Program-made: the position numbers and the translations under genes | Assembly: GCA_900754795.1 (NCBI GenBank) | Contig: CAAEEA010000081.1 | Coordinates: forward strand, 6,314-70,313 | Reading direction: 5' to 3' | From: Clostridia bacterium | GTDB lineage: Bacteria > Bacillota > Clostridia > Peptostreptococcales > Anaerovoracaceae | Length of the DNA: 64,000 nucleotides | The notes under the pieces: model-generated | Databases searched by the model: none | The model's input: the letters and a program-made list of their open reading frames with translations, nothing else | Told to the model about the DNA's origin: nothing | Shown: positions 19,901-28,418 of the stretch, in pieces | Layout of the letters: each line of letters starts with the position of its first letter | Numbering within the stretch: the stretch's first letter is position 1

Positions 19901-20101
19901 TTATTTCGCCATGGATCTGAGCATTCTCTTCAGATCCGCGCTTGTTAAAGTAGTAGCTTTTCTCAGGCCTCTCTTTCTCTTGGCCGCTTTTTTAGTAAGA
20001 ATATGGCTCTTATATGCCTTATTTCTCTTAACTTTACCGCTTCCGGTAAGTTTCATTCTCTTACATGCCCCTCTGTGGGATTTCATCTTATTCTTTGCCA
20101 T
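19901..20101 (-). CDS. rpmI: 50S ribosomal protein L35.
   Basis: [26 protein letters not shown]... Confidence 0.95.
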   Translation of the reverse strand: MAKNKMKSHRGACKRMKLTGSGKVKRNKAYKSHILTKKAAKRKRGLRKATTLTSADLKRMLRSMAK

Positions 20102-20162
20102 GATGATTTACTCCTCCTTATGTGAAATGATTTTACATGATCGCGGCATTTTCGCGCCGCTG

Positions 20163-20678
20163 TTATTTGTCGTGTTTTGGGCCTAAAAACATGGTCAGGT
20201 TGCGTCCTTCAAAAACAGGCTTCTTTTCAATTACGCCCACTTCTGAAACCGCTTCGGCGAAAGCGTTCATAACGTCCATGCCTTTTGCCACGTAGTCTCT
20301 TTCTCTGCCCCTGAAGCGAAGGCCTACTTTTACCTTGTCGCCGTCAGCGAGAAATTTGGCCGCGGTCTTTGCTTTCACCTGGATATCGTGAGCCTCTATG
20401 AAGGTGGAAAGTCTTATCTCTTTTACCTGAGTTGTCTTTTGCTTTTTCTTTGCTTCTTTTTCTTTTTTCTGAAGCTCATAACGGTATTTGCCGTAGTCGA
20501 GGATCTTGCATACAGCCGGTTTGGCATTCGGCGATATGTTTACCAGATCCAGTTTTTTTTCGTTTGCCAGTTCCATGGCCTTTTCGATTGGCATGACGCC
20601 CAGCATCGTACCGTCTGTGTCAATAAGTCTTACTTCTTTGTCACGAATTTCTTCGTTGATGAGATTTTCCCTGCTAAT
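20163..20678 (-). CDS. infC: Translation initiation factor IF-3, probably starting at a non-canonical ATT.
   Basis: ISRENLINEEIRDKEVRLIDTDG... is a typical IF-3 N-terminus. GGGAGGTG lies 8 nt upstream of ATT (20676-20678), and no ATG/GTG has an RBS. Confidence 0.85.
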   Translation of the reverse strand: MSRENLINEEIRDKEVRLIDTDGTMLGVMPIEKAMELANEKKLDLVNISPNAKPAVCKILDYGKYRYELQKKEKEAKKKQKTTQVKEIRLSTFIEAHDIQVKAKTAAKFLADGDKVKVGLRFRGRERDYVAKGMDVMNAFAEAVSEVGVIEKKPVFEGRNLTMFLGPKHDK

Positions 20679-20862
20679 GGTATTTACACCTCCCAAAAAT
20701 TGCCGAAAAAAAGGCGGACACACGAAGTATCCGCCAAATAAACGCCCATCAGCGCGTTTTCTCTGTTATTTACCTGTTCCGGCGCTCTGACCGGGCAGGT
20801 GAGAAGCGGATAACTTCTACTTCATACTCAAATAAGATACCACATATCGTGTATGGTGTCAA
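20679..20862 (-). promoter_or_regulatory. infC-rpmI-rplT promoter and leader with attenuator terminator (L20-leader-like).
   Basis: Minus strand: TTGACA (20857-20862), 17 nt, TGgTATCTT (-10 at 20834-20839). Then a ~150-nt leader ends in the hairpin GGCGGA...TCCGCC plus T7 (20706-20735), directly before the infC RBS. Confidence 0.5.
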
Positions 20863-20902
20863 GACCAAAAATTCAGTAACTGCCCCGTATATTTTCGATC
20901 CG

Positions 20903-21478
20903 TCATATCTGAAGCTCCAGATATTTTTTTCCGTTATCTTCCAGCCTCGCGCAGTTTTCAAAAGCCGTATCAAGATCTTTGCCGCATGTTATCATTCCGT
21001 GGTTTGACATGACTGCCCCGTATCCGTCCCCGACGGCAGAGGCGGTATTTTTCATAAGCTTTTTTGTGCCCGGAAGGGCATAACCTGCCAGGGGTATCAC
21101 GTCGCCGAAGATTTCCCGGTATTCTTCAATGACCGGCATATCTTTATGAGCCGCCGCGAAAACGCTGCAATATTTTGAGTGAGTGTGAATCACCGCTCCT
21201 ATGTCTCCCCGTTTCTTGTAGATAGCCGCGTGAAGGCCTTTTTCGGAAGTCGGCTTTTTATCTCCCTCATATTCGAGATTATCTATGCTGACTTTTACCA
21301 TATCTTCCGGCGTCAGCCTGAGATAGTCAAGACCTGACGGAGTTGTCAGCATATATTTTTCATCAAGGCGAACGGAGATGTTTCCCCAGGTACCCTGAAC
21401 AAGACCTTTTTCTACCAGCGCTTTCCCGCATTCTACAAGCGCGAGGCGCAGTGATGTTTCGTCTTTTACCGCTGCCAT
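20903..21478 (-). CDS. Class II aldolase/adducin family protein (FucA-like).
   Basis: GTWGNISVRL...TPSG...IHTHS motifs. Confidence 0.8.
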   Translation of the reverse strand: MAAVKDETSLRLALVECGKALVEKGLVQGTWGNISVRLDEKYMLTTPSGLDYLRLTPEDMVKVSIDNLEYEGDKKPTSEKGLHAAIYKKRGDIGAVIHTHSKYCSVFAAAHKDMPVIEEYREIFGDVIPLAGYALPGTKKLMKNTASAVGDGYGAVMSNHGMITCGKDLDTAFENCARLEDNGKKYLELQI

Positions 21479-22111
21479 CTATTTCACCTCCCCGGCTCTG
21501 ACTTCTTCTTCGGCTTTAGAATATTTTTTCTTATAAATCATCCTCATGAGCTTTGCTTCCCAGCGGGCTATCGGCTTTGCCCCTCCGATCTTTTCCGAAA
21601 GAGCGGTGACTTCGGCTGACTTTTCAAGTACCGTCATCGCCACGACGGCTTCATAAAGAGTACGTCCGAAAGTCAGGGCATGACCTGTGACATTGCCCTC
21701 TGTATCCTCTTTTTCCACAGCAAGAAATCCGACGTTATCTCTGAGAGCTTTTTTTATATCTCTTTCTCTGTCTTTATTCTCCTGCTTCACATCTACGATA
21801 CGCGCCTCAGGTCCGAAGATCTGAGCCATATCGTCAAGGGCAGCCCGGAAAGACTTTCCTTTTTTGAGCATTTCCATACAAAACGGAGTCTGAGAATATA
21901 CCATGGCTTTCATATCGCCGCAGGGAACAGGCATTTCGCTTCCGGGGAGCTTTATGATGTCCTTTTCCGAAATATTCCCGATATCGCAGCCGTCAACGGT
22001 AGCGTAAACGCCGTCGGAAGTCTTCTGTATCAACCGGGCGTTTCCCACCGCATAGCCGCGGGTCGCCATGAAGCGGCCGTATTTTTTCATTACCTCATAA
22101 ACTTCTTTCAT
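21479..22111 (-). CDS. Class II aldolase-like domain protein (divergent; His triad not evident).
   Basis: N-terminal G..VGNARL...DG....DIIKL pattern resembles the aldolase II fold. The gene abuts the next one (stop, then ATG). Confidence 0.45.
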   Translation of the reverse strand: MKEVYEVMKKYGRFMATRGYAVGNARLIQKTSDGVYATVDGCDIGNISEKDIIKLPGSEMPVPCGDMKAMVYSQTPFCMEMLKKGKSFRAALDDMAQIFGPEARIVDVKQENKDRERDIKKALRDNVGFLAVEKEDTEGNVTGHALTFGRTLYEAVVAMTVLEKSAEVTALSEKIGGAKPIARWEAKLMRMIYKKKYSKAEEEVRAGEVK

Positions 22112-23643
22112 TGTTCCTCTCCCTTGAACCTTTCTCCGTTAGCCTTTATGTAAGCTCCTTTGAGAGAATAGTACACATTTTTGTAATCCTCAAAGAGATC
22201 GTTATATATTTTTCTGTTTGCCGGATCAGGTTCATAGCGCTTTTCGACTCTCACAAAATCTTTTGCCGAATAAAATCCCGGCAGTTCTCCAAGACCTATG
22301 AGCGCCACGATCGCCGCTCCGACCGCTCCCGCGTTGCGCGGGTCTTTTACCACAGAAAACCGTTTCCCCGTAATATCGGCGATAATCTGCATCCACGCGT
22401 TGTCGAGGGCGCCTCCGCCGATTATTCTGAAATCGTCACAGGAAAAGCCGTAATCATGGCTGTAGTTTTCCAGTATCCACCTGAGATTATACCCTATTCC
22501 TTCGTATACCGCTCTCATCAGGTGCTCCCGGGTATGAACCATACTTATATTAAACAGTGTGGCTCTTGTCGTCGTGGACGATACGGGACATCGTTCGCCG
22601 AGCATCCACGGCGTACATATCAGATGATCGCTTCCCGGCGGTATCTTGCGTATTACATCATCCATATATTCAAAAATTCCATCGCCGTATTCTTTCTTTT
22701 CGGAAGAGAAAAACTGTTCCTGTATCCACTGAATATTGGCTCCGGCGGATTCGGTAATCCCCGCGATGAGGTTCATCTCTTTGTCCGCGCTCTGTATGGC
22801 CGCGGCGCCGTGTCTGAATTGAGTGGCCGTCTTACTGGCAGCCGCGACCCAGGCTGAAGTTCCCAGATAGATATGTATATCTCCGTCTCCGCACATTCCC
22901 GATCCTACGGCAGCCGCCTGTACGTCGTCGCATCCTCCGAGGACAGGTGTGCCCTCAGCAAGCCCCATCTGTGAAGCCGCTTCCGGTATAAGACCTCCCA
23001 CTATATCGGTACTGCAGACAAGAGGAGGAAGTTTTTCCATATCAACTCCGGTAAGCTTCATCACACCGAGCCATTCTTTCTTTTTCAGATCCAGTCCGTA
23101 AGATGACGCTCCGGAGAGTTCCGTCACCATTTTGCCGGTACACCTGAACTTGAGATATCCGTTAACATCAAGTATCTTATATGTCCCGGCATATATGTCC
23201 GGCCTTTCTTCTTTAAGCCATACGATCTTCGGTATACAGTCCTTGCCCATTATGGGCGTTCCGGCAGCCAGCGAGAAAAGTTTTTTCCCGCCGAGTTTTT
23301 TCATTATACTTTCGGCCTGTTTTTCCGCTCTGCCGTCAACCCATGTAATGTTGTTATACAAAGCCGTGCCGTGTTCATCAACAGGAATGACTCCCTGAGC
23401 CTGAGTGGAAAAAACTATTCCCTTTATCTGTTCCGGTCTTATTCCGGCCTTTTCGACTATGGCTCTGCTGCTCTTTGTCACGGCATTCCAGTAATCCCGC
23501 GGATCCTGTTCCACCCACGCGGGATTGGGGTAATACGTCGGATAAGGCTCTACCGCCGTCGCCCTTATCTCTCCGCTGTAATCCACGAGAACCGCCTTGT
23601 CCGAACTTGTTCCCATATCGTGAGATAAAATATATTTCTCCAT
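22108..23643 (-). CDS. FGGY-family carbohydrate kinase.
   Basis: ILSHDMGTSSDKAVLVD N-terminal motif and C-terminal GGGA..N..MQI.ADI.G. I chose the start at MEKYIL, with GGAGG 5 nt upstream. Confidence 0.85.
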   Translation of the reverse strand: MEKYILSHDMGTSSDKAVLVDYSGEIRATAVEPYPTYYPNPAWVEQDPRDYWNAVTKSSRAIVEKAGIRPEQIKGIVFSTQAQGVIPVDEHGTALYNNITWVDGRAEKQAESIMKKLGGKKLFSLAAGTPIMGKDCIPKIVWLKEERPDIYAGTYKILDVNGYLKFRCTGKMVTELSGASSYGLDLKKKEWLGVMKLTGVDMEKLPPLVCSTDIVGGLIPEAASQMGLAEGTPVLGGCDDVQAAAVGSGMCGDGDIHIYLGTSAWVAAASKTATQFRHGAAAIQSADKEMNLIAGITESAGANIQWIQEQFFSSEKKEYGDGIFEYMDDVIRKIPPGSDHLICTPWMLGERCPVSSTTTRATLFNISMVHTREHLMRAVYEGIGYNLRWILENYSHDYGFSCDDFRIIGGGALDNAWMQIIADITGKRFSVVKDPRNAGAVGAAIVALIGLGELPGFYSAKDFVRVEKRYEPDPANRKIYNDLFEDYKNVYYSLKGAYIKANGERFKGEEQ

Positions 23644-23656
23644 ATGTGCCTCCACT

Positions 23657-25174
23657 TTACGCTTTTGCGGAATGTGCCTGTTTCGGCGCGCATTTCTGTG
23701 TTTTTACAACATGCCTGAACACATTTTCAAACCTGTTCAGCGCTTCATCTATAACTTCATCTGTATCGGCCATGGACGTATAAAGTCTGCTTCCGGCAAG
23801 AGTCACAAGGCCGTTGGCCATATATGCCGCTCCCATTCTTTCCATGGAATCCTTGCGTTGGTACATCATATCTTTGTTTTTCAGCAGGCCGAGGGCTGAT
23901 TTAACCAGCGCGAAAGATGAAAAGTCAAAGCTCATCGCCCCTGTACATTCAAGGTGAACTATGCTGCCCTGATTGTAGCACACAAAAGGCAGCCCGTATT
24001 TTTCAAGAAGTTCTTTCAGTCCGTCAGCCAGTCTGTCTCCGGCCCGGCCCGCGATCTGACAGGCGTTGGTGCGGGCGATCTCTCTGATTGCCGTATAGCC
24101 GGCCAGCGCCGAAAGAGGGTTGGCTGCCAGAGTGCCGCCTACATAAGCTCTGTGTTTTCCCGTGGCAAGTCCCGCCGCCATAAGCTGAGCGTATTCTTTT
24201 TTTCCGCCCACTCCTCCTGCCGCCGGATATCCTCCGGCGACGATCTTTCCGAACACCGTAAGATCCGGTACCACGTCAAAGAATCCCTGAGCTCCGGAGA
24301 GGGCAATTCTGAATCCCGTAACCACTTCATCAAAGATCATCAGAGCTCCGTATCTGTCGCACAGTTCCCTCACGCCTCTGTTGTAATCCATGGCGACCGG
24401 TCTTGTGCCGCTTTCAGGTCCGACCGGTTCTACTATGACCGCGGCAGTGCCGCCTTTAAGCCTGTTTCTCTTCAGCATTTTTTCAAGCATGTCAAGATCA
24501 TTGGGTCTGACCTCATCGGTGCGTCCGTAAGCGCTGCCCGGAATACCGTGGGATTCGAGGAGTCCTCTGCTTCCGGGTATCTTCAGACCGTATACCATCT
24601 GATCGCTCCAGCCGTGATACCCTCCGCCGATTTTTATTATCCTTTTTTTGCCTGTGGCTATACGGGCGATTCTCAGGGCGGCCATCACAGACTCAGTACC
24701 GCTTCCCAGCATGCGAAACATCTCTACGTTGGGCATGTGCCGGTTTATCTCTTTTGCGATCATAAGTTCAGCTTTGTGCAGAAGTCCGGTCACCGGTCCG
24801 CAGGAGTTGAGGAGCTCTATCACAGCTTCTCTGACCGGCGGATAATTGCTGCCGAGTATGGTCGGTCCTCCGGCCTGCAAAAAGTCTATATATCTGTTGC
24901 CGTCTTCGTCATACAGATACGCTCCCTCCGCTCTTGCAAAAGCGAGAGGAAAAGGCTTGTTAAACGCCAGGTTATGCTGTACTCCCCCGGGTATATATTC
25001 TTTTGCCTCATCATATATGGCAAAGGATTTTTTGCATTTTTCATCGAAGTATCGGAGTATCTCATTTTCGTAATACTCATCGCTTACCTCCCATATGGGC
25101 TGATCTGTCAGCGCCTTAAGCTGATCGTTTATCTTTTCCGGGTCGTCCCATCTGCTTATCCCGCAGTTTTCCAT
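23657..25174 (-). CDS. Class III PLP aminotransferase (glutamate-1-semialdehyde aminomutase-like) with a ~60-aa N-terminal extension.
   Basis: GGPTILG, GSGTESVMAALRIAR, IFDEVVTGFR and GKIVAGGYP motifs. Confidence 0.85.
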   Translation of the reverse strand: MENCGISRWDDPEKINDQLKALTDQPIWEVSDEYYENEILRYFDEKCKKSFAIYDEAKEYIPGGVQHNLAFNKPFPLAFARAEGAYLYDEDGNRYIDFLQAGGPTILGSNYPPVREAVIELLNSCGPVTGLLHKAELMIAKEINRHMPNVEMFRMLGSGTESVMAALRIARIATGKKRIIKIGGGYHGWSDQMVYGLKIPGSRGLLESHGIPGSAYGRTDEVRPNDLDMLEKMLKRNRLKGGTAAVIVEPVGPESGTRPVAMDYNRGVRELCDRYGALMIFDEVVTGFRIALSGAQGFFDVVPDLTVFGKIVAGGYPAAGGVGGKKEYAQLMAAGLATGKHRAYVGGTLAANPLSALAGYTAIREIARTNACQIAGRAGDRLADGLKELLEKYGLPFVCYNQGSIVHLECTGAMSFDFSSFALVKSALGLLKNKDMMYQRKDSMERMGAAYMANGLVTLAGSRLYTSMADTDEVIDEALNRFENVFRHVVKTQKCAPKQAHSAKA

Positions 25175-25210
25175 GATATGTCCCTCCTTTGATCTTTGGT
25201 CTGTGACACT

Positions 25211-25762
25211 TTATATCCGGTCTTCCAAAAGGCTGTGAAACTCCTTTTTCATATCTTCGGCGTCAAAGACTTTATTGTTTATGTGATAATGATTTACCAG
25301 TCCGAAATACGTACCTTCAACGGCGATCACTTTCCGTTCGATATCTTCTCCGCAAACTCCTGCCTGGGTCAGGCCTTTTGCGGTAAGCTTCTCGATGATA
25401 GTAACCGGATTTTCTTTACCACTGCTTAAAACCGCGTTATTTATGAGCCTGCCGGTCAGCGCGGGATACAGAGCCGTATCTTCTATCAGTTTGTCAAACA
25501 AAGCGAAAACAAGGTCTTTCCCTTTCAGGTCTCTTTCCCCGCAAAACTCGGTTATATCGCTTATCTCCTGGCATACCAGCGCAAGCAGCAGTTCTCTTGT
25601 TCCGGAAAAATGATTGAAGACCGTTGTCCTGCACACATCCGCCGCGTCGGCGATCTGACTGAAAGTCACACCGTCAGGCCCGTATTCTTCAAACAGTCCC
25701 TTGGCGGCGTGCATGATCTTCAGTCTGCTTTTTTCTTTTTTAGAAAGCTTCTTCATTTGCAT
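25211..25762 (-). CDS. TetR/AcrR family transcriptional regulator.
   Basis: HTH GVTFSQIADAADVCRTTVFNHF. Confidence 0.85.
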   Translation of the reverse strand: MQMKKLSKKEKSRLKIMHAAKGLFEEYGPDGVTFSQIADAADVCRTTVFNHFSGTRELLLALVCQEISDITEFCGERDLKGKDLVFALFDKLIEDTALYPALTGRLINNAVLSSGKENPVTIIEKLTAKGLTQAGVCGEDIERKVIAVEGTYFGLVNHYHINNKVFDAEDMKKEFHSLLEDRI

Positions 25763-26252
25763 CAGACCTTTCCGCTCCGGCGGACTCCGCCGCCATCGCG
25801 CGGGCTTTCAGCGCCCTTCTGTTGGTATTAAGCGTGCCCCGGAACACAAAGAATCTGTCATAAAGGAATTCTGTCGTAAGATTTACTCCCATAGTTCCAA
25901 ACAGCACTATGTACTCGTTCCATCCGGCTTCGGTAAGCGCGGCTCCCCACCATGTTGACAGCGGAGTGAAAGCGCAGTAAAACAGAGCGACTTTTATCAT
26001 GGCGATCGGAACGTTATTTGCCGATTTAAAAGTGAATTCTCTGTTCAGGGTAAAATTCCACAGCACCGACAATGTGAGCGCTATAAGGTAGCACGGAGTA
26101 TAACTCCAGGACGTAAGCTCGTTTACGGCAGTGAACGAGATCGTCTGTATCAGTCCGGCAGAAACAGAAAAGATCACAAATTTTATAACCTGCACGGTAT
26201 TTTCTTTTTTTGTGAGCTTCTGATCAGCGGGATTGTCTTGTCTGTCAGCCAT
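25740..26252 (-). CDS. GtrA-family membrane protein.
   Basis: Four TM spans and WNFTLNREFTFKS, the GtrA-like signature. Confidence 0.75.
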   Translation of the reverse strand: MADRQDNPADQKLTKKENTVQVIKFVIFSVSAGLIQTISFTAVNELTSWSYTPCYLIALTLSVLWNFTLNREFTFKSANNVPIAMIKVALFYCAFTPLSTWWGAALTEAGWNEYIVLFGTMGVNLTTEFLYDRFFVFRGTLNTNRRALKARAMAAESAGAERSDANEEAF

Positions 26253-26380
26253 GTGATCCTCCTATCGTTATAATGATTGCCGCAGTAAAATGTATCGCGG
26301 TTCAAATTTGTACTATAGTACAATTATCTCACATAATCTTCATTTGTCAAGGTATACATGTTTTCTCCGCCGCGGTCATT

Positions 26381-26418
26381 AAAAAAAATATCCCGGTCTT
26401 CTCTGAGATCCGGGATAT
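26381..26418 (-). terminator. Intrinsic terminator after the Fe-S protein gene.
   Basis: Minus strand: ATATCCCGGA / TCCGGGATAT-type stem followed by T8. Confidence 0.7.
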
Positions 26419-26424
26419 CTTCGC

Positions 26425-27036
26425 TTAATCCAGTATTCTTCCGTCGATGGAGATCGTCTTCACCTGCCACGGTATGAATTTTCCGCTGTTCTTAATTGCT
26501 TTCCTGACCGCCGCTTCCAGTCCGCCGCAGCACGGAACTTCCATGCGTACTACGGTCACGCTCTTTATACCATTTTGCGCCATAATCGACGTGAGCTTTT
26601 CGCTGTAGTCACATTCATCAAGCTTGGGACAGCCGATAAGCGTTACCCTGTTTTGGATAAATATGCTGTGAAAATCACCGAAAGCATAAGCAGAGCAGTC
26701 TGCCGCTATCAGCAGATCCGCGCCGTCAAAATACGGAGCGTTTACCGGAGCCAGTTTGATCTGCACAGGCCACTGTGAAAGTCTGCTGCTTCCGCCGGCA
26801 GCGGACTTCGCGGCCGTCACCGCGGCATGGTCATAGGGACGCGCTTCTCTTTCTTCAAAAGATATGGCTCCTGTCGGACATGCCGGAAGGCAGTCCCCCA
26901 GACCGTCGCAGTAATCTTCTCTCAGAAGTTTCGCCTTTCCGTTCACCATTCCTATCGCGCCCTCATGGCAGGCCGACGCACAAAGTCCGCACCCATTGCA
27001 TTTTGATTCGTCTATCTTAATTATTTTCCTTATCAC
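26425..27036 (-). CDS. 4Fe-4S ferredoxin-domain protein.
   Basis: CNGCGLCASAC and CDGLGDCLPACP cluster motifs, plus a Cys-containing C-terminal domain. Confidence 0.8.
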   Translation of the reverse strand: MIRKIIKIDESKCNGCGLCASACHEGAIGMVNGKAKLLREDYCDGLGDCLPACPTGAISFEEREARPYDHAAVTAAKSAAGGSSRLSQWPVQIKLAPVNAPYFDGADLLIAADCSAYAFGDFHSIFIQNRVTLIGCPKLDECDYSEKLTSIMAQNGIKSVTVVRMEVPCCGGLEAAVRKAIKNSGKFIPWQVKTISIDGRILD

Positions 27037-27301
27037 TTTTTTCCACCTCTATTTTAAAAATATTTATAACTTCGCTGTCCGGGCAGCAGAAGCTTATATT
27101 GCCGTTTCTGTCAGCCGGCAGATTACCGCCGTATCGCAGTATATCAATATACGGAAACGCCACATGCATAGCCATTGGGCACAGCTTTCCTCTTTCTGTG
27201 TCAAAATCAAAGCTGTCTCCAACCTTGTGCCCTCTGTGGCAGCCCCTGTCTCCTTTTTTGTCGATCAAAGTGATCCTGATCTTAGGTTTCACCTCTTTCA
27301 C
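27017..27301 (-). CDS. Small Cys-rich protein, TIGR04076-like (family recalled from memory).
   Basis: GCHRGHKVGD...LCPMAMH...CCPD pattern. The start is GTG at 27301, or GTG at 27292, which is better spaced from the RBS. Confidence 0.5.
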   Translation of the reverse strand: MKEVKPKIRITLIDKKGDRGCHRGHKVGDSFDFDTERGKLCPMAMHVAFPYIDILRYGGNLPADRNGNISFCCPDSEVINIFKIEVEKSDKENN

Positions 27302-27395
27302 CTCCCGTCACCCATGTTTTTTCTTGCGTTTTCGAGAAAATTATAGTATGATGACAAAAATAAATCTGTTGTTTTTACAACAAAATAGGTGGAAA

Positions 27396-28055
27396 ATGAA
27401 AAAAATTTTTGAATTTCTTTCAGAGTCAGAGCTCTTTATGTCAATGGACGCTGAACAGATAAAATCTCTGCTGCCATACCTTAACGCGAGAGAACTTGAA
27501 TTTGACAAAGGAAGCCTGATCCTCTCAGAAGGCGAAGCCGCCGGAAATGCCGGCATTATCTTATCAGGCAGCGTATATATCACCAGCGAGGATTATTACG
27601 GGAACAGGAGCATAACCGCCGAAACCGGTCCCGGTGAAATGTTTGCCGAGGTATTTGCCAGCGCGGGAGTTTCTCATATGCCTGTAAGCGTATTCGCGGC
27701 TGAGAATTCCCGTATCCTTCTCCTTGATCTTCGCGCTGTTACCGGCGGATCCCTTTCTCCCATACCGGGAGCCGAAACACTTGCGGTCAATCTGCTGCGG
27801 ATCGTTTCGCGCAAAACGCTTTTACTTAACCGGAAGATCCACATCCTGTCAAGAAGGACTACCCGCGAAAAAATTCTCGCGTATCTTTCATATCATGCTC
27901 AGATATCCAAAAGCAGCTGCTTTGACATTCCCTTTGACCGTCAGGAACTCGCTGATTTTCTCTGTGTGGACAGAAGCGCCATGTCAGCTGAGCTGAGCCG
28001 CATGAAAAAAGACGGTCTGATAAAGTATCACAAAAATCACTTTCGTCTCCTGTAA
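27396..28055 (+). CDS. Crp/Fnr family transcriptional regulator.
   Basis: Internal Met of the track ORF (MKKIFEFLSESELF...) after AGGTGGAAA. It has a cNMP-binding-like N-terminus and the C-terminal HTH RQELADFLCVDRSAMSAELSRMKKDGLI. Confidence 0.85.
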   Translation: MKKIFEFLSESELFMSMDAEQIKSLLPYLNARELEFDKGSLILSEGEAAGNAGIILSGSVYITSEDYYGNRSITAETGPGEMFAEVFASAGVSHMPVSVFAAENSRILLLDLRAVTGGSLSPIPGAETLAVNLLRIVSRKTLLLNRKIHILSRRTTREKILAYLSYHAQISKSSCFDIPFDRQELADFLCVDRSAMSAELSRMKKDGLIKYHKNHFRLL

Positions 28056-28156
28056 AAACAGCGTCCTGCCCTCAGAGGAGTCAGGCTCGCCGGGCTTACT
28101 GTAAAAAACTCTTTCCAACCGGATACTTTTGTGGTATAAATATATTATGTCTGTTT

Positions 28157-28232
28157 GCGCCAGTAGCTCAGGGGATAGAGTAGCACACTCCGAATGTGAA
28201 GGCCGCGGGTTCGATTCCCGCCTGGCGCACCA
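28157..28232 (+). tRNA. tRNA-Arg (anticodon CCG), with encoded CCA.
   Basis: Hand-folded cloverleaf: acceptor GCGCCAG/CTGGCGC, D arm GCTC..GAGT, anticodon loop CTCCGAA (CCG at 28190-28192), T arm GCGGG-TTCGATT-CCCGC, then ACCA. Confidence 0.85.
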
Positions 28233-28234
28233 AG

Positions 28235-28272
28235 AGCCTTGAAATATCAATATTTTCAAGGCTTTTTCTTTT
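28235..28272 (+). terminator. Intrinsic terminator after the tRNA.
   Basis: AGCCTTGAAA / TTTCAAGGCT stem followed by TTTTCTTTT. Confidence 0.7.
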
Positions 28273-28356
28273 CCGGAGCGCCGGTCAAATAGATTGTAGT
28301 AGCAGCCTGCAAGGCGCAAGTCTGAGAACATCCTGTAAAAAAAAACATTAAATTCG

Positions 28357-28370
28357 GGAACATGCGTTTA
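28357..28370 (+). promoter_or_regulatory. Candidate LexA (Cheo-type) box overlapping the lexA promoter -35.
   Basis: GGAACATGCGTTTA = GAAC-N4-GTTT, one mismatch from GAAC-N4-GTTC. It overlaps TTTACT-17 nt-TATAGT upstream of lexA. Confidence 0.45.
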
Positions 28371-28418
28371 CTTTTTGTTCGCGTTGTGATATAGTATAAA
28401 AAAACAAAGGAGGAAGCC

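Noticed and set aside
20770-20973. 67-aa minus-strand ORF upstream of infC.
   Set aside because: It spans the infC promoter and leader and overlaps the aldolase 3' end, with no RBS.
23954-25192. Long antisense ORFs opposite well-supported genes: 23954-25192, 17253-17963, 34455-35456, 43031-43903, 59062-59829, 59926-60651, 29259-30176, 54733-55434, 22111-22857.
   Set aside because: Each lies antisense to a gene with clear family motifs. Their products are Arg/Ser/His-rich, as expected for GC-rich antisense frames.
28157-28232. tRNA-Arg as an integration hot spot for a second island.
   Set aside because: There is no integrase, no tRNA 3'-end direct repeat and no compositional shift on either side. 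The flanking genes (Crp/Fnr regulator, lexA) look core.
27984-28331. 115-aa minus-strand ORF.
   Set aside because: It overlaps the tRNA gene and its terminator, so it is an artefact.
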